A stretch of 64,000 bases of DNA, from the NCBI GenBank assembly GCA_963843575.1, contig CAWJKZ010000013.1:352001-416000 (forward strand), given 5' to 3'. The translations under genes were made by a program, and so were the position numbers. Source of the stretch: an uncultured Acidobacteriota bacterium. GTDB taxonomy: Bacteria; Acidobacteriota; UBA6911. A model generated the notes under the pieces. That model did not search any database, had not been told where the DNA came from, and worked only from the letters and a program-made list of their open reading frames with translations. Every line of letters begins with the position of its first letter. Within the stretch, counting starts at the first letter, position 1. Shown here in pieces: positions 19,912-28,882 of the stretch.

Positions 19912-20753
19912 TATTCCCGGGCGAACAGCTCGATCGACCCGGGGGCGTAGCCGGCGTAGTGGTTGTTGAAGTACACGTAGGTCGGGATGTCCCTGGCCAC
20001 CAGGTCGCGGATCGGCGGAACCCAGAGCCTCATCTGGCCCGTGCGGTCCTGGATGATGCTGTCCCAGTCCGCCTGCCGCTTCCCCTCCTCCCGCGCCGTC
20101 CGCACCGCTGTGTCCATTTCCTTGTGGTTGCCGAGGAAGCGGATGTAGACGTATGGGGCGGTGAAGATGCCGGGTCTCGACGCAAGCTTGAACAGGGGAT
20201 CCATCGTGTAGTAGTCGATGAACACGAGGGAAATGTCGCGGCTCCGCAAGGTGTCGAGCAGTTCCGGCCGGATCCAGCGGGCGTTGCGGATTTCGACGGC
20301 CCACCTGAATTCCCGGGGCAACAGCGGGAGGAACTTGCGCAGCCGTCCGAGGAACTCCGCCCCGGTATCGTATTCCCGCGGGTCCTTCCCCCTGGCCACG
20401 TAAGGAAACTGCAGGACAAGGGGGCCGAGCTTTTCGCCGAGCCGCGACATCGTCCCCAGAAAAGTTGCCAGCTCTTGCTCGCATCCCTCAAGATAATTGT
20501 CGTGGGTTATCACCCGCGGCACCTTGGCGGAGAAGACGAATCCCTTGGGGGTGCGGGCGTTCCACCCGTCGACCGTGCCGGGGGACGGCATGCCGTGCCA
20601 GGTGGAGTCGATTTCGACTGTGTCGAACCGGGTCGCGTAAAAACCGATCATTTCGGCCGGGGCGATCGGGTTCGGGTAGAACGGGCCGCACCAGTCGCGG
20701 CTGCTCCAGCTGGACGTGCCGACCCGGAGAGCCGAAGGAAATTGGATGTGCAT
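19881..20753 (-). CDS. DUF72 (YecE-like) protein
   Basis: VGTSSWS..DW.G.FYP, FDTVEIDST, KLGPLVLQFP, YFNNHYAG motifs; TG-G-TACAAT 7 nt before the ATG. Confidence 0.92.
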   Translation of the reverse strand: MHIQFPSALRVGTSSWSSRDWCGPFYPNPIAPAEMIGFYATRFDTVEIDSTWHGMPSPGTVDGWNARTPKGFVFSAKVPRVITHDNYLEGCEQELATFLGTMSRLGEKLGPLVLQFPYVARGKDPREYDTGAEFLGRLRKFLPLLPREFRWAVEIRNARWIRPELLDTLRSRDISLVFIDYYTMDPLFKLASRPGIFTAPYVYIRFLGNHKEMDTAVRTAREEGKRQADWDSIIQDRTGQMRLWVPPIRDLVARDIPTYVYFNNHYAGYAPGSIELFAREYGVRRFDAAL

Positions 20754-20870
20754 CGAAACGATTGTACCATGGCCGGAAAGCCGGAAAATCGGCCGTTCCA
20801 GCCTCATTAGACATTGAAAAGCGCCGGGGAAGAGTCTACGTTTATTAAGAGAAGTACGAAAGAGGTGGAT

Positions 20871-21194
20871 ATGCCGAAGTCGGAACAATCACAAAAGGCA
20901 AAAGCCAAAACCCCCGCGAAAAGGTCCCGAGTGCGTCCCCGTTGGACAAGTGAAGAGATCACGATACTTAAACGTTTATACCGCACTCATAGCAACGCTG
21001 AGATAGCCAAGGTCCTCGGACGCAAGGTCTCCTCCGTGGTCTTCAAAGGGCATCGGCTCGGGCTTTCGAAGGGGATTCGGCGCTTGAAGGAAATGGGGCG
21101 CGAAAACATCCGCCGGCGCTGGAAACGGAAGGGCGTCAAGAGGACGACAAACCGTCCGTCCGCCGCGGCGCCGCGGCGCAAAGCCCGCAGATAA
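20871..21194 (+). CDS. Small very basic protein with a Myb/SANT-like helix-turn-helix
   Basis: GAGGT RBS; RWTSEEITILKRLY..SNAEIAKVLGR..SSV..K..RLGL; Lys/Arg-rich tails. Confidence 0.75.
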   Translation: MPKSEQSQKAKAKTPAKRSRVRPRWTSEEITILKRLYRTHSNAEIAKVLGRKVSSVVFKGHRLGLSKGIRRLKEMGRENIRRRWKRKGVKRTTNRPSAAAPRRKARR

Positions 21195-21205
21195 GGCCTG
21201 GTTTA

Positions 21206-21280
21206 TTCGAGATTCTTGGAGCCTTCGAGCCTTGGAGGCGAACTTCGAAACTCACCTCGAAGGCTCGAAGAACTCGAAGA
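21206..21280. repeat. Repeat family D (CTTCGAG-unit inverted repeat) between convergent genes
   Basis: TTCGAGATTCTTGGAGCCTTCGAGCC ... TCACCTCGAAGGCTCGAAGAACTCGAAG; second locus at 44053-44090. Confidence 0.75.
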
Positions 21281-21283
21281 CAG

Positions 21284-21577
21284 TTACGGTTCCGACGGCG
21301 TTTTGGGGATGATGACCGGGGGTTCCGCCGGCGGCACGACCCGCTCGACCTCTATCGAGCAGTCCGTCAGCAGCGCGGCAAGCGCGCCCACCGCGGCGAG
21401 CACGGGTGCCAGCACCGTGCCGACCACACCTACCGTCAGCGGGAACTCCGCGACGCTCCGGTCCCCCTGCTTTATGATGATCCGGCGCACGTTTCCCTCG
21501 TGGATCAGCTGCTTCACCTTGTCCAGCAGCTCGCCCCCCTGAAGCTTGATCGTTTCCCAGATAGTTTTCTCCGGCAT
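21284..21577 (-). CDS. DUF4342 domain protein
   Basis: ELLDKVKQLIHEGNVRRIIIK, EFPLTVG, CSIEVER. Confidence 0.9.
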   Translation of the reverse strand: MPEKTIWETIKLQGGELLDKVKQLIHEGNVRRIIIKQGDRSVAEFPLTVGVVGTVLAPVLAAVGALAALLTDCSIEVERVVPPAEPPVIIPKTPSEP

Positions 21578-21630
21578 GCCCGTTCTCCTTCCTCTCAACT
21601 ATATAACCTGCGCACCGCAGAGTTATTCAT

Positions 21631-21732
21631 TTGGAGTGCAGGCCTCGGCGCCGCTTTCCACATGTGCCCTACGGCCGGAATACTCGGCGCCTAGGCGCCG
21701 CCCAGAAAGCGGCGTCCAGCCGCCGCACTCCA
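21631..21732. repeat. REP-A doublet
   Basis: TTGGAGTGCAGGCCTCGGCGCCGCTTT ... GGCGCCTAGGCGCC ... AAAGCGGCGTCCAGCCGCCGCACTCCA. Confidence 0.92.
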
Positions 21733-21782
21733 CAAAAGGCCGATTGTGTTCTATCATCGTGGCCTTCCGAAAACGAGGTGCC

Positions 21783-24700
21783 ATGATGCTTGCTCGCTCC
21801 TTCATACTCGCGGTTGCGCTGCTGTTATTTCCGAAGCTCGGGCTCGCAGAGAGCGAAGCCCGTTTTATGACCTACCCCGACATCTCCGGCGACCGGATCG
21901 CCTTCACCTTCGACGACGACCTCTGGCTCGCCAGCGTCCAGGGCGGAACCCCGACCCGCATCACGAACCACCCGGGCCGCGAGCTGTGGGCGCGGTTTTC
22001 GCCCGACGGCAAGTGGATCGCCTTTTCGGGCTCCTACGACGGGGTCCCTGACGTCTATCTCATGCCCTCTACCGGCGGAACGCCGAAACGCCTGACCTGG
22101 CTGCCGAGCCCTGCGGTCCCCACCGCCTGGACGCCGGACAGCCGCTACGTCGTCTTCAAGACCGCCTACGGCCGCAACCCGGTCGCGCGCGACCAGAAAC
22201 TCTACAAGGTGTCGATCGACGGCGCCATGCCGGAGCCGCTCCCGATGGAGCGCGGCGGCTCGTGCTCGTTCTCCGAGGACGGCAAGCGCATGCTCTACGT
22301 GCGCAAGGGGCGCGAGGACAACTACTGGAAACGCTACAAGGGCGGCCAGTACCCCGACATCTGGCTGGCGGACCTGGCCGCGGGACGCTACTCCCCCGTC
22401 ACCGACTACGTCGGCCGGAACACCTACCCCATGTGGATCGGCAACACCATGTTCTTCGCCTCCGATCGCGGGGCCGACGGCATCACCAACATCTTCGCCC
22501 AGGATCTCAAGACCAAAGCCGTCCGCCAGGTCACAAAGTTCACCGACTTCGACGTCATGAACCCGTCGACCGACCGGCGAGGCATCGTCTTCACCCAGAA
22601 CGGCTACATCCACCTGCTCGACCCGAAATCAGGCGCCGTGAAAAAGGTCTCGTTCACTATCCCGACCGACAGCTGGCGCATGCAGGACCGCTGGATAAAC
22701 CCGTCCGATTACATCCAGGGCATCGACGCGGCCGGCAAACAGCTGGCGCTCTCCGCGCGCGGCGACGTGTTCCTGCTGACCGTCGGCGAGAAGGAGACCG
22801 CCTGGCGCAACCTCACCGGCACCCCCGGAACCCGGGAAACACACGCTCGACTTTCCCCGGACGGGAAGAACGTCGCTTATTTCTCCGACCGCAGCGGCGA
22901 ATACCAGCTCTACCTGCAGCCGCTCTCCGGCGGGCCCGCCACGGCCCTGACCGACAACCTGGCGCGGACCGTATACCGGCCGCGCTGGTCTCCCGACGGC
23001 ACCAAGATCCTTTTCGGGAACAAGGACTTCGCCATCTTCTATCTCGACGTCGCCACCAGGCAGCTCACCAGGATCGATGAATCCAAATACCTCGACAACG
23101 ACGAGTTCACCTGGGAAAGCGCCGACTACTGTTGGTCCCCCGACAGCCGCTGGATCGCCTACTCCTTCACGCGCGAAAACCGCAACAACGTCATCTCCCT
23201 TTACGACACAAAAGAAGGGAAGAAGGTGCAGGTCACCGGGGACTTCTACGACAACCTGAATCCCCGGTTCGACGCCGACGGCGGCTACCTCTATTTCCTG
23301 TCCAACCGGAACTACCAGATTGGGATGGACCCCTTCGAGGACAACCACGTCGTGGTCAACCCGACCCGCGTCATGGGCGTGCAGCTGCGAAAAGGGGAGC
23401 GTCCCCCGTTCGCCCGCCCGGCCATCGATGGGGAGGAGAAACCCCCGGCGGCCGCCGACCGGTTCCGCATCGATCCCGACGGGATCCAGGACCGGGTGTT
23501 CCAGCTGCCGGTCGAACCCGGCAACTATTTCCACCTGGTGGCGGGGAAGGGCTACGCGGGATGGTCCTCCGTGCCGCGCTTCACCGAGGACGAATACGAG
23601 GAGTTCTACGTCCCGGGCGGCGCCACCAAGTGGGATTTCCACATCTTCTCCATGAAAGACGAGAAGAAGGTGGACCTGGACGACAAGATCGCGTCGGTCG
23701 ATTTCTCCGCCGCTGGCGACGACCTGGCCTTTGCCAGCAATTCGAAGGTCTACCTTACGAGCTTCGAAAAGGCCTACCAGTCGCGGAAGCTGGGGAAGGC
23801 GGTCGATACCACCGGCGTGGTTTACCGCGTCTCCCCGGTCGAGGAGTGGACCCAGATCCTGAACGACACCTGGCGCTGGTACCGCGACTTTTTCTACGAC
23901 AAGGACATGCACGGGCGCGACTGGAAGGCGATCGGCGATAGGTACCGCGCGTGCGTCAAAGACCTCCGTTCGCGCGACCAGCTGAACTGGCTGCTGTCGG
24001 AAATGGTCGGGGAACTCTGCGTGTCCCACACCTATATTTCGGGCGGGGACACCGGACCGGACCTCCGCATCCAGCAGCCGGTCTTCACCGGGCTGCTCGG
24101 CGCCGATCTGGCCGCCGACACGAACTCCGGTCTGTACCGCCTGGCGAAGATCTACGGGCCGACGCCCTACTTCAGCGGGATCGAGATGCCGCTCGCGCGC
24201 CCGGATGTCGGCGCCCGCGAAGGGGACTACCTGCTTGCCATCAACGGGACCAAGGTGCACGTGCCGGACAACTACTTCCGCCTCCTGCAGGTCGCCAAGG
24301 ACGATTATGTCGAGGTGACCCTCGGCAGCGACCCCGCCGGCGAAAACGCGCGCACGTACCGCGTCAAGCCGGTGCGCTCCGACCAGGAGGCGCGCTACGC
24401 CCGCTGGGTCACCGACAATATCGAGAAGGTCCTCAAGGCCTCCGGCGGCGAGGTCGGCTACATGCACATCACCGCCATGGGGGGCGGCGGGATCATGCAG
24501 TTCGACAAGTTCTGGCGCGCCTTCCGCTACAAGAAGGGGTTGATCATCGACGCGCGCGGCAACGGCGGCGGCTGGACCGAGTACTTCCTGATCGACAAGC
24601 TCGAGAGGCGCCAGGTGGCCTACAACGTGCTGCAGGGGATGGAGCCGTACCGCTACCCCAACCCGGCGTCGCGCGCCCACTTCGTCCTGATCTCAAACGA

Positions 24701-25046
24701 GGACAACGGCTCAGACGGCGAGGCGTTCGTGGAACACTTCAAGGCGCGCAAGCTCGGCACGGTCGTGGGCGTCCCGTCCTGGGGCGGCCTCGTCGGGATC
24801 ATCAACGGGCAGCGCACGATCGACAACGGGACCGTCCAGCAGTCCAACAACGCCTTCTACGGCAGCGACGGGAAGTGGCTGGTCGAGAATCACGGCGCCG
24901 ATCCGGACGTCCTGCAGGACAACGACCCGGGATCCGTCGCCGCCGGCCACGACCTGCAGCTGGAGAAATCGGTCGAGATCCTGCTGAAGAAGATCAAGGA
25001 CGAACCGTTCCGCTTTCCCCCGGTCCCCCAATACCCGAAGCGGTGA
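21783..25046 (+). CDS. Tricorn protease homolog (peptidase S41 with PD40 propellers and PDZ)
   Basis: Signal peptide, FSPDGKW repeats, WKRYKGG, GELCVSH, IIDARGNGGG, GSDGE, SWGGLVG. Confidence 0.95.
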   Translation: MMLARSFILAVALLLFPKLGLAESEARFMTYPDISGDRIAFTFDDDLWLASVQGGTPTRITNHPGRELWARFSPDGKWIAFSGSYDGVPDVYLMPSTGGTPKRLTWLPSPAVPTAWTPDSRYVVFKTAYGRNPVARDQKLYKVSIDGAMPEPLPMERGGSCSFSEDGKRMLYVRKGREDNYWKRYKGGQYPDIWLADLAAGRYSPVTDYVGRNTYPMWIGNTMFFASDRGADGITNIFAQDLKTKAVRQVTKFTDFDVMNPSTDRRGIVFTQNGYIHLLDPKSGAVKKVSFTIPTDSWRMQDRWINPSDYIQGIDAAGKQLALSARGDVFLLTVGEKETAWRNLTGTPGTRETHARLSPDGKNVAYFSDRSGEYQLYLQPLSGGPATALTDNLARTVYRPRWSPDGTKILFGNKDFAIFYLDVATRQLTRIDESKYLDNDEFTWESADYCWSPDSRWIAYSFTRENRNNVISLYDTKEGKKVQVTGDFYDNLNPRFDADGGYLYFLSNRNYQIGMDPFEDNHVVVNPTRVMGVQLRKGERPPFARPAIDGEEKPPAAADRFRIDPDGIQDRVFQLPVEPGNYFHLVAGKGYAGWSSVPRFTEDEYEEFYVPGGATKWDFHIFSMKDEKKVDLDDKIASVDFSAAGDDLAFASNSKVYLTSFEKAYQSRKLGKAVDTTGVVYRVSPVEEWTQILNDTWRWYRDFFYDKDMHGRDWKAIGDRYRACVKDLRSRDQLNWLLSEMVGELCVSHTYISGGDTGPDLRIQQPVFTGLLGADLAADTNSGLYRLAKIYGPTPYFSGIEMPLARPDVGAREGDYLLAINGTKVHVPDNYFRLLQVAKDDYVEVTLGSDPAGENARTYRVKPVRSDQEARYARWVTDNIEKVLKASGGEVGYMHITAMGGGGIMQFDKFWRAFRYKKGLIIDARGNGGGWTEYFLIDKLERRQVAYNVLQGMEPYRYPNPASRAHFVLISNEDNGSDGEAFVEHFKARKLGTVVGVPSWGGLVGIINGQRTIDNGTVQQSNNAFYGSDGKWLVENHGADPDVLQDNDPGSVAAGHDLQLEKSVEILLKKIKDEPFRFPPVPQYPKR

Positions 25047-25075
25047 CTTGACGCCCTACGTAAGCGCCACGTAAC

Positions 25076-25251
25076 CGCCAACCAAGTGGGTCCGGGCTTC
25101 AGAGGCTGTCCAACGGTTGAACCACCGCCCTGCCGGAAAACTAAGTGGGTCCGGGCTTCAGCCCGGACGCTGTTTGCGGTCGCTATGCAGGGCAGGTGGA
25201 ACTCTATGGAACGGGCTTAAAGACGTCCGGGCTTCAGCCCGGACCCACTTG
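25076..25251. repeat. REP-B composite copy 2: partial arm, ~40-bp module, full doublet (25143-25250)
   Basis: CGCCAACCAAGTGGGTCCGGGCTTC | AGAGGCTGTCCAACGGTTGAACCACC...CTGCCGGAAAA | doublet with a 54-bp spacer. Confidence 0.92.
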
Positions 25252-25344
25252 TCCGCTTGCTCCGCCTTCCGCCGCGGGGTACATTTAAGCCAACGAATGC
25301 CGTTCCGGGCGGCTGCTTCCATTCCGAACTCTCAGAGGTGGTTT

Positions 25345-26526
25345 ATGAGCCCACGCCTTGTGGTCCGCACCCTGACCCTTCCGCTGATGGTGTTGGTGAT
25401 CCTCTCGTGGGCGCACGCGCAGCAGACCGGTGGCGGATCGGGAGGGTCCGGCGGCGGCTCGGGCGGCGGGAACACGAGCAAGACGAATCCCACGCCCGTA
25501 CAGCCCCGATCGACCCCAACCACACAGCCGGAACAGCCGAAGGTGCAGATGGTCTTCGTCTCGGGGGTAGTGGTGATGGAGGACGGTTCGCCCGTCCCGA
25601 TGGGGACCGCGATCGAACGCGTCTGCGAGGGCCGCACGACGCTCGAAGGATATGTCTCCGGCAACGGCAGCTTCTCGTTCTCCCTCGGCGGGGCCAACCG
25701 GATCAGCGGCAGCATGTTTTCCGACGCCAGCCAGGACCTGAGCGACTTGAGCGCCACCCGCACCGGAAAGGTCCCCATCCCGACAACCCTGATGGGATGC
25801 GAGCTGCGTGCCCAGCTCGCCGGCTACCGTTCCAGCCGGATCACCCTCGACGGTTCCCACACGATCGGGAACGTCAACGCCGGAACGATTCTGCTCGTCC
25901 CGCTCTCCCGGGTGAAAGGGACACTGGTGAGCGCCAGCGATCTCCAGGCTCCCAAATCCGCCAGGAAGGCGCTGGAACGCGCTCAGAAGGCATTCCGGGA
26001 AGACAATATCGGGGAGGCCGAGAAGAACCTGATGACCGCCGTGGAACAGTTCCCCGGCTTCGCGGCCGCGTGGGTCGGGCTCGGAGAGGTTTACCAGAAG
26101 ACGCGCCGGCTCCCGGAAGCGCGCAACGCGTACGAGCGGGCCATCGCGGCGGACGAGAGTTTCGTGAAGCCCTACGTCTCCCTGGCGCAGGTCGCCGGGA
26201 TGCAGCAGAACTGGCAGGAGATGGCGGATCTGAGCGACCGGGCCCTCGAGTTGGACCCGGTCGATTCCCCCGAAGCATATTTCTTCAACGCGGTCGCCAA
26301 CTTCAATCTCGACCGGTTGGAGGCCGCCGAGCGCAGCGCGCTCAAGGCCCAGCGGCTCGATCCCCAGAACAAGCTCCCTTACGCGAGCATCATCCTGGCC
26401 AATGTCCTCGAGCAGCGCAACGACATCCCCGGGGCGATACGGCAGCTGCAGAATTACCTGGTGACGGCGCCGCAGTCCACTTACGCCGCCCAGGCTCGCG
26501 CCCGCCTCGGGAAGCTGACGAAATAA
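25345..26526 (+). CDS. Secreted TPR protein (Acidobacterial type)
   Basis: GAGGT RBS; signal peptide, GGGS linker, SGVVVMEDGSP, CELRAQLAGYRS, APKSARKA followed by TPRs. Confidence 0.88.
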   Translation: MSPRLVVRTLTLPLMVLVILSWAHAQQTGGGSGGSGGGSGGGNTSKTNPTPVQPRSTPTTQPEQPKVQMVFVSGVVVMEDGSPVPMGTAIERVCEGRTTLEGYVSGNGSFSFSLGGANRISGSMFSDASQDLSDLSATRTGKVPIPTTLMGCELRAQLAGYRSSRITLDGSHTIGNVNAGTILLVPLSRVKGTLVSASDLQAPKSARKALERAQKAFREDNIGEAEKNLMTAVEQFPGFAAAWVGLGEVYQKTRRLPEARNAYERAIAADESFVKPYVSLAQVAGMQQNWQEMADLSDRALELDPVDSPEAYFFNAVANFNLDRLEAAERSALKAQRLDPQNKLPYASIILANVLEQRNDIPGAIRQLQNYLVTAPQSTYAAQARARLGKLTK

Positions 26527-26528
26527 CT

Positions 26529-26583
26529 TGGAGTGCGGCGCCCAGGCGCCGCCCGGAAAGCGGCGTCGAGCCGCCGCACTCCA
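26529..26583. repeat. REP-A compact doublet
   Basis: TGGAGTGCGGCGCCCAGGCGCCGCCCGGAAAGCGGCGTCGAGCCGCCGCACTCCA. Confidence 0.93.
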
Positions 26584-26603
26584 AAAGGCGTATAATCGGC
26601 AGC

Positions 26604-28286
26604 GTGATCTACGAAATTATCGCGCTGCTGATGCTCGCCGTCGCACAGAACCAGACCCCGTCCTTTCACGTCGCGTCCAGGCTGGTGGACGTGACGGTCG
26701 TCGCGCTGGACAAGAACGGGAACCCGGTCACCAACCTCACCAAGGACGATTTCGCCCTCTTCGACAACGGCAAGCCCCGCCTTCTCTCGCTCTGCCGCTA
26801 CGAAGGCGGTACTCCCTCGAACGCGCCGCAAGCCGCGGTCGAGCCAAAGCCCGCGCCCTTGCCGCAGTTCGTGTTCACCAACCGCGTCGAGGCCGGGATC
26901 GAGGAGGATCGAAACATCACCGCCGTGGTGATCGATGCGGCCAACACCGACCTGCGCGACCAGATGTTCGTCAAGGCGCACACGGCGCGCTTGCTCCGCG
27001 CCCTGGCGCCGCAGACGCGGGTGGCGATCTACCTGTTGGGCAGCGAGTTCCAGGTCATCCACGACTTCACCGACGACATGACCCTGCTGCGCGCCCACCT
27101 GGAACAGGTCAGCCTGAAGGTCCAGGCGCAGCGCCTCAGCGACGTCGAACAGGCCGCCCTCGACGCCGAGGCGATCCTCGACCAGATCGAGGCGCGCAAG
27201 ACCCATTACGCGGGCCCGGTTTTCCGTGCCGTGCAGGCGCAGGACAAGACTGCGATCGCCGGGGACGTGAACTCGAACGCCGCGATCCAGGGCGACCGGG
27301 TGGAATCGACGCTGGCCGCACTGGAGTTCCTCGGCCGCCACCTCGCCCCGGTCCCCGGCCGCAAGAGCATCGTTTGGATCAGCGGCGGCATTTCGATTTT
27401 TTCGCAACTCGTCTCGACGAGCCCCGACAACCACCCGGTCAACCCGCTGGCCGGCGACAACCGTCAGCAGGCGATTCGCAGGACCTCGGAGCGGCTGGCT
27501 CAGCTTGGGGTGGCGCTCTACGGCGTGGACGCGCACGGGCTGACCACCTCGGCCGAGTCGCTCGCCCAGCGGCAGTACCCTCCGATGATCGCGGGCCGCT
27601 ACTCGGAGATGGAACACGCAGCGGCGCAAAACGCCGACAGCCGCGCCGCCTTTTCCCTGCTGACCTCGATCACGGGCGGGCGGTACATCTTCGGCACCAA
27701 CGACCTGTCCGAAGGTGTCAGGAAGGTGACCGCCGACCTGCACGGTTCCTACTCGCTCGGTTTTTACGCCACCGAGGAACCGGACGGAAAATGGCACGCG
27801 CTCAAGGTGACGGTGCGGCGGCCCGACGTGCGCCTGCTTTACAAGGAAGGGTACCGGCCGGACCCGGCGCCCGCGAAACCGCCCTCCTGGGACGCCGAGG
27901 CGCAGCGCCGGGCGATGCTGGACCCCTTCGGCTCCGCCGCCGTGCGGCTGACCGCCCGCTGCGCCCCCGTCGCGGATGCCGAGCCGGGCACGCTGCTCCT
28001 CACCCTGCAGATCGAGTCCGAGGACCTGCTGTGGCGCGAAGAGTCCGGGCGAATGGCCGGGAGCGCCGATATCTACATCGGGGAAAAGACCGCCGAGGGG
28101 CAGGTGAGGTTTCACGAATCGAAGATCAACGCCAGGTTCCTGCCCCCGCAAATGGAAATCGCCCGCTCCCAGGGGCTCCCGTTCCGGCGCCAATGGAAGC
28201 CCGGCCCGGACACGGTCGCGATCCGGGTCCTGGTGCGCGACCCCGCCACCGGCCGCCTGGGCACCCTCGACGTCCCGTATAAATGA
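26604..28286 (+). CDS. Acidobacterial VWA-domain protein
   Basis: TATAAT at 26591, GTG 7 nt later; SRLVDVTVVALDKNG, PGRKSIVWISGG, YSLGFY, GRLGTLDVP. Confidence 0.9.
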   Translation: MIYEIIALLMLAVAQNQTPSFHVASRLVDVTVVALDKNGNPVTNLTKDDFALFDNGKPRLLSLCRYEGGTPSNAPQAAVEPKPAPLPQFVFTNRVEAGIEEDRNITAVVIDAANTDLRDQMFVKAHTARLLRALAPQTRVAIYLLGSEFQVIHDFTDDMTLLRAHLEQVSLKVQAQRLSDVEQAALDAEAILDQIEARKTHYAGPVFRAVQAQDKTAIAGDVNSNAAIQGDRVESTLAALEFLGRHLAPVPGRKSIVWISGGISIFSQLVSTSPDNHPVNPLAGDNRQQAIRRTSERLAQLGVALYGVDAHGLTTSAESLAQRQYPPMIAGRYSEMEHAAAQNADSRAAFSLLTSITGGRYIFGTNDLSEGVRKVTADLHGSYSLGFYATEEPDGKWHALKVTVRRPDVRLLYKEGYRPDPAPAKPPSWDAEAQRRAMLDPFGSAAVRLTARCAPVADAEPGTLLLTLQIESEDLLWREESGRMAGSADIYIGEKTAEGQVRFHESKINARFLPPQMEIARSQGLPFRRQWKPGPDTVAIRVLVRDPATGRLGTLDVPYK

Positions 28287-28296
28287 TAGTGGTCGC

Positions 28297-28415
28297 AGTG
28301 CGGCGGCTCGACGCCGCCTCCAGACTGGATGGACGCCGGATAGGTCTACCAAAGCGGCGCCAAGGCGCCGCATGCCGTGCAGGATCCCTTTGCGGCGTCG
28401 AGCCGCCGCACTCCA
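28297..28415. repeat. REP-A multi-arm element
   Basis: AGTGCGGCGGCTCGACGCCGC ... AAAGCGGCGCCAAGGCGCCGC ... GCGGCGTCGAGCCGCCGCACTCCA. Confidence 0.9.
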
Positions 28416-28882
28416 AAGTGGGTGTTGTGACCCGGATCACGGGTTGCTGGGGGTTCCCGCCCAACCTTCCCGGATCGCCGTCCTGCGCCCGCGCCGACCT
28501 AAGTCCCTCCCCACCTTCAGATTTGGGTTGTGCAAATTCGGACTTGCGTTTGGGTTCCGATTTGCTTTATTCTCGCAGCGCATCCCTGGCGGAAAAGTAT
28601 TCACAATATGCTTCGCTGTGCTGATCGCGGGCAGACACGGTTTGTTCAGTCTGCGGGTAAGGGGCCTTATTTGCTATAGCCGCAAAGACCGGGAAGAGAC
28701 ATCAAACTCCCACTCTCCCGGGTGTGGCGGCCAGGAACATAGAAATAAGTTCTTCAGCACTGGGGTCGAGCAGTCTGAGCGATCTCTGGTTTCACGCCCG
28801 TTCCGGGCGCGTCGGGTAGATTTCAGCACTCCCGGCGGCTCCGGGCGCGGCGATTATACGATCTTCCGAAGGAGGTTATTAA

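Noticed and set aside
25257-26603. 1009-aa ORF as a giant VWA fusion, and similar N-terminal extensions at 21546, 32225, 33952 and 44202
   Set aside because: The extensions are off-frame read-through across neighbouring genes and repeats; better starts with a -10 box or RBS exist downstream.
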